From Candidatus Aquidulcis frankliniae (lineage in GTDB: Bacteria; Chloroflexota; Limnocylindria; Limnocylindrales; Limnocylindraceae), in the NCBI GenBank assembly GCA_009925905.1, contig RFPZ01000003.1:1-32792 (forward strand): DNA of 32,792 bases, written 5' to 3'. Under the pieces are notes generated by a model. That model saw only the letters and a program-made list of their open reading frames with translations. It was not told where the DNA came from and ran no database searches. Below, one piece after another: positions 28,495 to 32,792 of this stretch; the stretch's first letter is position 1, and every line of letters begins with the position of its first letter. Position numbers and translations under genes: made by a program.

Positions 28495-29300
28495 CAGCGT
28501 GCTCCTCCTTGCTGAGCGGCGCGATCCTTGGCGGCGAGGCGATCAACAAGTCGCGTCATTGGAATCGTGATCACCAGGAAGATCAGCGCCGTTGTCATCA
28601 GTGGTGTGAAGTTGAAGTTGGCCGACTTCAGAATCTGTGCCTGCTTAAAGGCCTCGACGACACCGAGAATCGAAACGAGTGCAGTGTCCTTCTGCAGTCC
28701 GATAAAGTCATTCAACAACGGCGGCACAACGCGACGAAGCGCCTGCGGCAGCACCACAAATCGCAGCGCCTGGAAGCGCGTCAGGCCAAGGGCTCGTGCG
28801 GCGCGCTCTTGCGACGGGTGAATGGATTCAATGCCGGCCCGGTAGACCTCACTCACGTAGGCGCTGTAGATCAGTACAAGGGTGACGAGCGCCCAGAAGA
28901 ACGGCTCCTTCGGCACGCCAGGAAGTCGAAGTGCGGGAACGCCGAAACCGAGCACGTAGATGAGCAAGATGCTGGGCACTCCACGGAAGAAGTCGGTGTA
29001 GATGGTGGCAAAGATGCGTAGTGGCGCAAATGCAGGGTTCGTGATGGATCGGGCAAGAGCAATTAGGAGCCCGATCGGCAGAATGAGGATCTCTGCCAGC
29101 ACGAAAAGTTGGATGTTGATAAAGAACGCACCCACAACATCAGGGAGCGAAGTAGAGAAGTATGTCCCATCAAAGAAGGCCTTCTGAACGAGTGGCCAGC
29201 TCGGCGATGATCCGATCGCGATCGCGAGCAGCGTCGCGACAAAAAGGGTGCTGACGACGGCGACGAGGGTTCCCTTGCGGGCCGACCTCGCCGCCGTCAT
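28494..29300 (-). CDS. Polar amino-acid ABC transporter permease (HisM-like)
   Basis: FFRGVP, SAYVSEVYRAGI, VVLPQA and KDTAL. Confidence 0.95.
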   Translation of the reverse strand: MTAARSARKGTLVAVVSTLFVATLLAIAIGSSPSWPLVQKAFFDGTYFSTSLPDVVGAFFINIQLFVLAEILILPIGLLIALARSITNPAFAPLRIFATIYTDFFRGVPSILLIYVLGFGVPALRLPGVPKEPFFWALVTLVLIYSAYVSEVYRAGIESIHPSQERAARALGLTRFQALRFVVLPQALRRVVPPLLNDFIGLQKDTALVSILGVVEAFKQAQILKSANFNFTPLMTTALIFLVITIPMTRLVDRLAAKDRAAQQGGAR

Positions 29301-29312
29301 CGTGCGATTCGC

Positions 29313-30233
29313 TTACTTCAGGACTGGCGCGCTCGCCTTGTCCGCAATCCACTCGGTGAGCAGTGCCGCCAGCGTGCCATCGGCCTTAAGGGCATCGACA
29401 ACGGCTGAAACACATGCCGTGAGTGCTGAGTCCTTCTCGAGCACGATTCCGAACTGCTCTTGGACGCCGCCCTCCGATGGGAGCTGTCCAACGATGATGC
29501 CGCCCGTGAGCTGCGCATCACGCATGTAGAACGCAGTTGGAACGTCGGTCACGATGCCGTCAATGATGCCGCCATTCAGCGCAGCAACGGCCTCGTCGTT
29601 CGTATTAAACACGGCGGCTTCGGTGTCTGGCTTGATGACGTTATTGATTGCATCGAGGCTCGTCGTGCCGATCTGTGCACCAAGCTTCGCCGTCTTCAGT
29701 TCGGCAATGCTCGTTGCGCCAGCAATTGGCGAACCCTCGATCGTCACCACACCCTGGGCAACGTCGTAGTACCCGCTGCTGAAATCAATCGCCTCGGCGC
29801 GCTCCGCCTTGATCGAGACCTGATTCAGGAAGAGGTCAAAGTCCTTTGCGCCAGGCGCGAAAGATGCATCAAAGGTGGTGTGAATCCACACCACATCGGC
29901 AGTGGCGAAGCCGAGCTTCTCGGCAACGGCGTATGCCACCGCTCCCTCATAGCCCTGACCCTTTGCTGGATCATTGTTGTAATCACCGGTCCACACCGTG
30001 GCGCCCTCATTGCCACCCTGGAACCACGGGCTGTAGGCCGGGTTGTCGGTGGAGAGAGTGAGCTTCCCTGCCGTCTTCAGTGCCAACTTGTCTTTTGCGC
30101 ATGAAGCGTCAAGAGATGCCGATGGTGAAGCTGCGGAGCCGCCACAGGCGGCGAGGAACATCGCCATCGCCATGACCACGACCGCCATACGTGTGGTCTG
30201 GCCGATTGCGATGCGTGAGCGCGTTGTGCTCAT
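29313..30233 (-). CDS. Polar amino-acid ABC transporter substrate-binding lipoprotein
   Basis: Lipobox LAAC, ERAEAIDFSSGYY and GAQIGTT. ATG 30233 is 7 nt from the GGAGG SD, whereas ATG 30239 is only 1 nt from it. Confidence 0.92.
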   Translation of the reverse strand: MSTTRSRIAIGQTTRMAVVVMAMAMFLAACGGSAASPSASLDASCAKDKLALKTAGKLTLSTDNPAYSPWFQGGNEGATVWTGDYNNDPAKGQGYEGAVAYAVAEKLGFATADVVWIHTTFDASFAPGAKDFDLFLNQVSIKAERAEAIDFSSGYYDVAQGVVTIEGSPIAGATSIAELKTAKLGAQIGTTSLDAINNVIKPDTEAAVFNTNDEAVAALNGGIIDGIVTDVPTAFYMRDAQLTGGIIVGQLPSEGGVQEQFGIVLEKDSALTACVSAVVDALKADGTLAALLTEWIADKASAPVLK

Positions 30234-30303
30234 ATCCATACCTCCTGTACAGCCGCTATTGGCGACGATCTGACACAGCGTCAGTGCGACGGTGGGGCGG
30301 TGA

Positions 30304-30339
30304 TCAGCGCGCGGCGCGCCGTCGACGTTGTGTCCCCAC
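30304..30339 (-). CDS. Putative leaderless Arg-rich leader peptide MGTQRRRRAAR of the ABC importer operon
   Basis: Extended -10 TGcTATCCT (30355-30347), 7 nt, then GTG GGG ACA CAA CGT CGA CGG CGC GCC GCG CGC TGA. Confidence 0.6.
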   Translation of the reverse strand: MGTQRRRRAAR

Positions 30340-30379
30340 GTGCGGAAGGATAGCAGGGGGGTGCTGGCTCGAAACCGCG

Positions 30380-31225
30380 CTACGCGCGGGTAATCACGAC
30401 AGGAGTTCGGCGGACTGCACCGTATCGCTCAGCGGCACTGCCGCGATTGATCGCTAGGGCAAGCCGCCCAGCCGAATCGATGTAGCAGAGCGGCTCTTGC
30501 TCGGGCACATCGCCGAAGCGGTTCGCCCAGACGGTGGTCAGCTGCTTGTCGCCAACGCTGATCTTCAGCGGCTCCCCGGCCGTCAGGGCGCCGATCGACG
30601 ATTCGATGGCCTGGCGGTCGCCCGTCAGCACCAAGGTTCCGAATCCATCCACGATGCGAACGGAGGTATGCAGCACCCCGTCGCCGATCTCAATCGGCAA
30701 CTTAGTCGCGGGAACGAGGTCGCCGGGGGAGATCGGCGAGCCAAGGTCGCCGAAGGGGACCCCCGCCGCAAGGTGCGCAGCTACCGGCGCAAAGAGGTCG
30801 CGTCCGTGGAAGGTGTGCGAGCGGCTTGAGCCCCACCAGCGCTCGTCGTCAAGGATCACCGCCGCCACCGCGCCACCAAGCGCAGCCGCAGCGGGCAGAA
30901 GGAGTCCGTTGTCTGGGCCAATCAACACATCCCCACGTCCACAGCGAACGGCGATCGGCCGTCGCTGCGTGCCTACGCCAGGATCAACCACCGCGACATG
31001 CGCCCCGATCGGTAGGTGCACGAGTGATTCAACGAGCGCTTCAGCCCCGGCCTCGACGTCATACGGAGGGATCGCATGGGTGAGGTCAAGGGTCCGCGCC
31101 TCTGGGGCGATCCCCAGCACCACGCCCGAAAGAACTCCTGCAGAGGGGTCACGCAGCCCAAAGTCGGTCATAAAGGTGACCAGCCGTGGTTGCGCGTGCA
31201 TGGGACCAAGTGGATCAAAACTCAT
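30380..31225 (-). CDS. SAM hydroxide adenosyltransferase / DUF62 (chlorinase-fluorinase superfamily)
   Basis: TDFG, VVDPGVG, GPDNG, TFHGRDLFAP, DGFG and AINRGSAA. Confidence 0.9.
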   Translation of the reverse strand: MSFDPLGPMHAQPRLVTFMTDFGLRDPSAGVLSGVVLGIAPEARTLDLTHAIPPYDVEAGAEALVESLVHLPIGAHVAVVDPGVGTQRRPIAVRCGRGDVLIGPDNGLLLPAAAALGGAVAAVILDDERWWGSSRSHTFHGRDLFAPVAAHLAAGVPFGDLGSPISPGDLVPATKLPIEIGDGVLHTSVRIVDGFGTLVLTGDRQAIESSIGALTAGEPLKISVGDKQLTTVWANRFGDVPEQEPLCYIDSAGRLALAINRGSAAERYGAVRRTPVVITRA

Positions 31226-31266
31226 GGAGCGCAGCGTAGCGGAGGCGATTCAATGAGGTGCTGGGG

Positions 31267-31740
31267 TCAACCCCAGCGCGAGAGCTCCGCTTCAATGTTG
31301 AGTGGCTGCACCACGGCGTGTTCGGCGTAGTCGCCCCACGCGTCCGCTGGAACCTGCCACATGATTTCGAACTCGTTGCCGTCGGGATCCGCGCCGTAAA
31401 GGCTCTTACTTACTCCGTGATCACTGGCCCCGGTGAGTGCACCGAGCTCACCGAGCGCCTGCGCCGCTGCGGCGAGGTCGCGCATCGTTGGAACCTCCCA
31501 AGCGAGGTGATAGAGGCCGGTTCCGCCACGTGCTGGTCGGGGTGCCTCGGGCCCAACCTCAAAGAGGCCAAGGTCATGGTGATTCGTGGTCGTTGCTGAA
31601 CGCATGAAGATCGCCTTCCCGCCGAACTCTTCGCTCACCTCAACGAAGCCGAACGCCCGCGTGTAGAACGCGGACGCCTCCTTCACGTTGCGAACAAAGA
31701 GAACGGCGTGGTTAAGGCGCGAGATGCTGAAAGAGCTCAC
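31267..31740 (-). CDS. VOC family protein (glyoxalase/extradiol dioxygenase-like)
   Basis: LNHAVL, HHDLGL, GLYHLAW and DHGVSKSLYGADPDGNEFE. Confidence 0.9.
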   Translation of the reverse strand: MSSFSISRLNHAVLFVRNVKEASAFYTRAFGFVEVSEEFGGKAIFMRSATTTNHHDLGLFEVGPEAPRPARGGTGLYHLAWEVPTMRDLAAAAQALGELGALTGASDHGVSKSLYGADPDGNEFEIMWQVPADAWGDYAEHAVVQPLNIEAELSRWG

Positions 31741-31982
31741 GCAGTGAACTCCCTGGCAATCGTGCGCTGCACCGCGAAGTAGGTCGTAAAGTGCAGCACC
31801 GCATAGATCAGGGCGATTCCCTCTTTGAACGAAATCAGTAGTTCGTTCGTTGGATCAATTGGCGATACCGGAATCACTCCTAGAGCCAATCCAAGAGGCG
31901 AACCGAGTGACATTAGCAAGACGACTAGCGCGGCGCGATCCCACATGTATCGGCGCCATGTGCCGACAAAGATCCGCGCCAC
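31737..31982 (-). CDS. Small membrane protein or 3' remnant of a larger gene
   Basis: Two hydrophobic segments; stop overlaps the VOC start (GTGA). No SD, and the frame stays open up to the LUD stop. Confidence 0.4.
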   Translation of the reverse strand: MARIFVGTWRRYMWDRAALVVLLMSLGSPLGLALGVIPVSPIDPTNELLISFKEGIALIYAVLHFTTYFAVQRTIAREFTA

Positions 31983-32015
31983 GATGCCAGCCGCAGCAAC
32001 GCCACCCGGCGCGCA

Positions 32016-32627
32016 TTAGAAACCAAGCTCCTCTGCGACGATCACCACGTCAATGCGACCTGGGAACTCGTTGTGAATCGTGAGCGTCTTGTTGATCGCG
32101 CTGTTTACACCGTAAGCGGCCTGCGCGCGAACATCCTCAAGTGGCAAGGTATAAGTCGCGATGCGCTCTGTAGCCTCGGCGAGGTCGCTGACGATCTTCT
32201 GTGCGCCAACAACAAACACCACGTGGCCCGCGCCATAGGCATATGCCGGGAGCTGCGATCCGGTCGCAGAGGCCATCATGAGTTCACCGGTTTCGGTGAC
32301 AGCGTGCACGCTGCCAACGGCAAATGCTGGAGCCGAACCGATTGCGCGCATCTCGGCGCCCTGCGTGTTGCGATCAAGTGCATACATCTTGTCGCGCAGG
32401 CTCTTGTATGGAGCGGCATTCAGCGCTTCGGTGAGACCCGTCGCATCGAGCGTTGCCGAGGTGAAGGTGAAGACCTCCGAACCTGCTGGAATTAAGGCGA
32501 GCACCGCATCTTTGGCGGCTGCCCCATTGGCGACAACCTTTGCGGCGAATCCGTGCTTGTTGAGCGCCGCTACGGCGCGATCGATCTTGGCGGCGTCGGC
32601 CACCTGTTTGAATCGTGCTGCTGACAT
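32016..32627 (-). CDS. LUD (LutC/YkgG-like) domain protein
   Basis: GSVHAVTETG, SATGSQL and VVGAQKIV; AGGAGG SD before ATG 32627. Confidence 0.85.
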   Translation of the reverse strand: MSAARFKQVADAAKIDRAVAALNKHGFAAKVVANGAAAKDAVLALIPAGSEVFTFTSATLDATGLTEALNAAPYKSLRDKMYALDRNTQGAEMRAIGSAPAFAVGSVHAVTETGELMMASATGSQLPAYAYGAGHVVFVVGAQKIVSDLAEATERIATYTLPLEDVRAQAAYGVNSAINKTLTIHNEFPGRIDVVIVAEELGF

Positions 32628-32670
32628 CGTGGACCTCCTGTGTGCCAACTCCTGTGCGAGCGCTCAGGTA

Positions 32671-32729
32671 GTTGCAGACGCAACCATACCCCTTGACCAA
32701 AATGATTGCAAGTGCAACTATTGCAATCA
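32671..32729. promoter_or_regulatory. Divergent promoter region with TTGC...GCAA inverted repeats (putative repressor operators)
   Basis: GTTGC-agac-GCAAC at 32671-32684 and TGATTGCAA-N9-TTGCAATCA at 32703-32729. Minus-strand promoter: TTGCAA (32711-32706), 17 nt, TATGGT (32688-32683). Confidence 0.65.
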
Positions 32730-32792
32730 ATGGCAACAACAAAAGAGCCCGTGAGCGCCGAGATTGAAGCACTCTCCGCAGTGCTTGGTACC
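32730..32792 (+). CDS. N-terminus of a divergent gene, possibly a transcriptional regulator
   Basis: ATG 32730 is open to the window end (MATTKEPVSAEIEALSAVLGT) and sits immediately after the inverted repeats. Product is unknown from sequence alone. Confidence 0.45.
   Translation, partial: MATTKEPVSAEIEALSAVLGT

Noticed and set aside
30380-31225. Fluorinase/chlorinase activity
   Set aside because: The TFHGRD motif with His is typical of the DUF62 hydroxide adenosyltransferases, and there is no halometabolite cluster nearby.
32634-32657. Two CACAGGAG copies in the LUD 5' UTR as CsrA-like sites
   Set aside because: One copy is simply the SD, and there is no supporting hairpin context or evidence for CsrA.
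1-32792. CRISPR arrays, transposases, integrases, prophage or defence systems
   Set aside because: No repeat-spacer arrays, terminal inverted repeats or relevant protein motifs were seen.

Overview
A GC-rich, very densely coded bacterial window of about 33 genes, with many overlapping or abutting stop/start codons. It looks like a streamlined Chloroflexota/Actinomycetota-type genome; the taxonomy is my inference. Genes include DinB/TetR, nhaA, cysK-cysE, an ABC exporter, a compact P450, a secreted serine hydrolase plus GH18 lipoprotein, TrmH, an OafA-type acyltransferase, a sortase-like protein, DmpA, cydAB, an MFS transporter, homospermidine synthase, nucleoside hydrolase, a GT4, a polar amino-acid ABC importer, a DUF62 enzyme, and VOC and LUD proteins. 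I found no rRNA, tRNA, CRISPR array or mobile element. The main signal is regulatory. Most first genes of transcription units have a TANNNT -10 box 6-7 nt upstream of the start codon, the geometry of leaderless transcripts. The same geometry reveals three small ORFs below the ORF-track cutoff: a Cys-containing leader before cysK-cysE, an Arg-run leader (MGTQRRRRAAR) before the amino-acid ABC importer, and an 18-aa uORF coupled to the ABC exporter. The first two have complementary downstream segments and look like amino-acid-sensing attenuators. Also notable are a sortase-fold protein with Cys->Ser and Arg->Lys at the catalytic positions, and in-frame internal deletions in nhaA and the GT4 gene.
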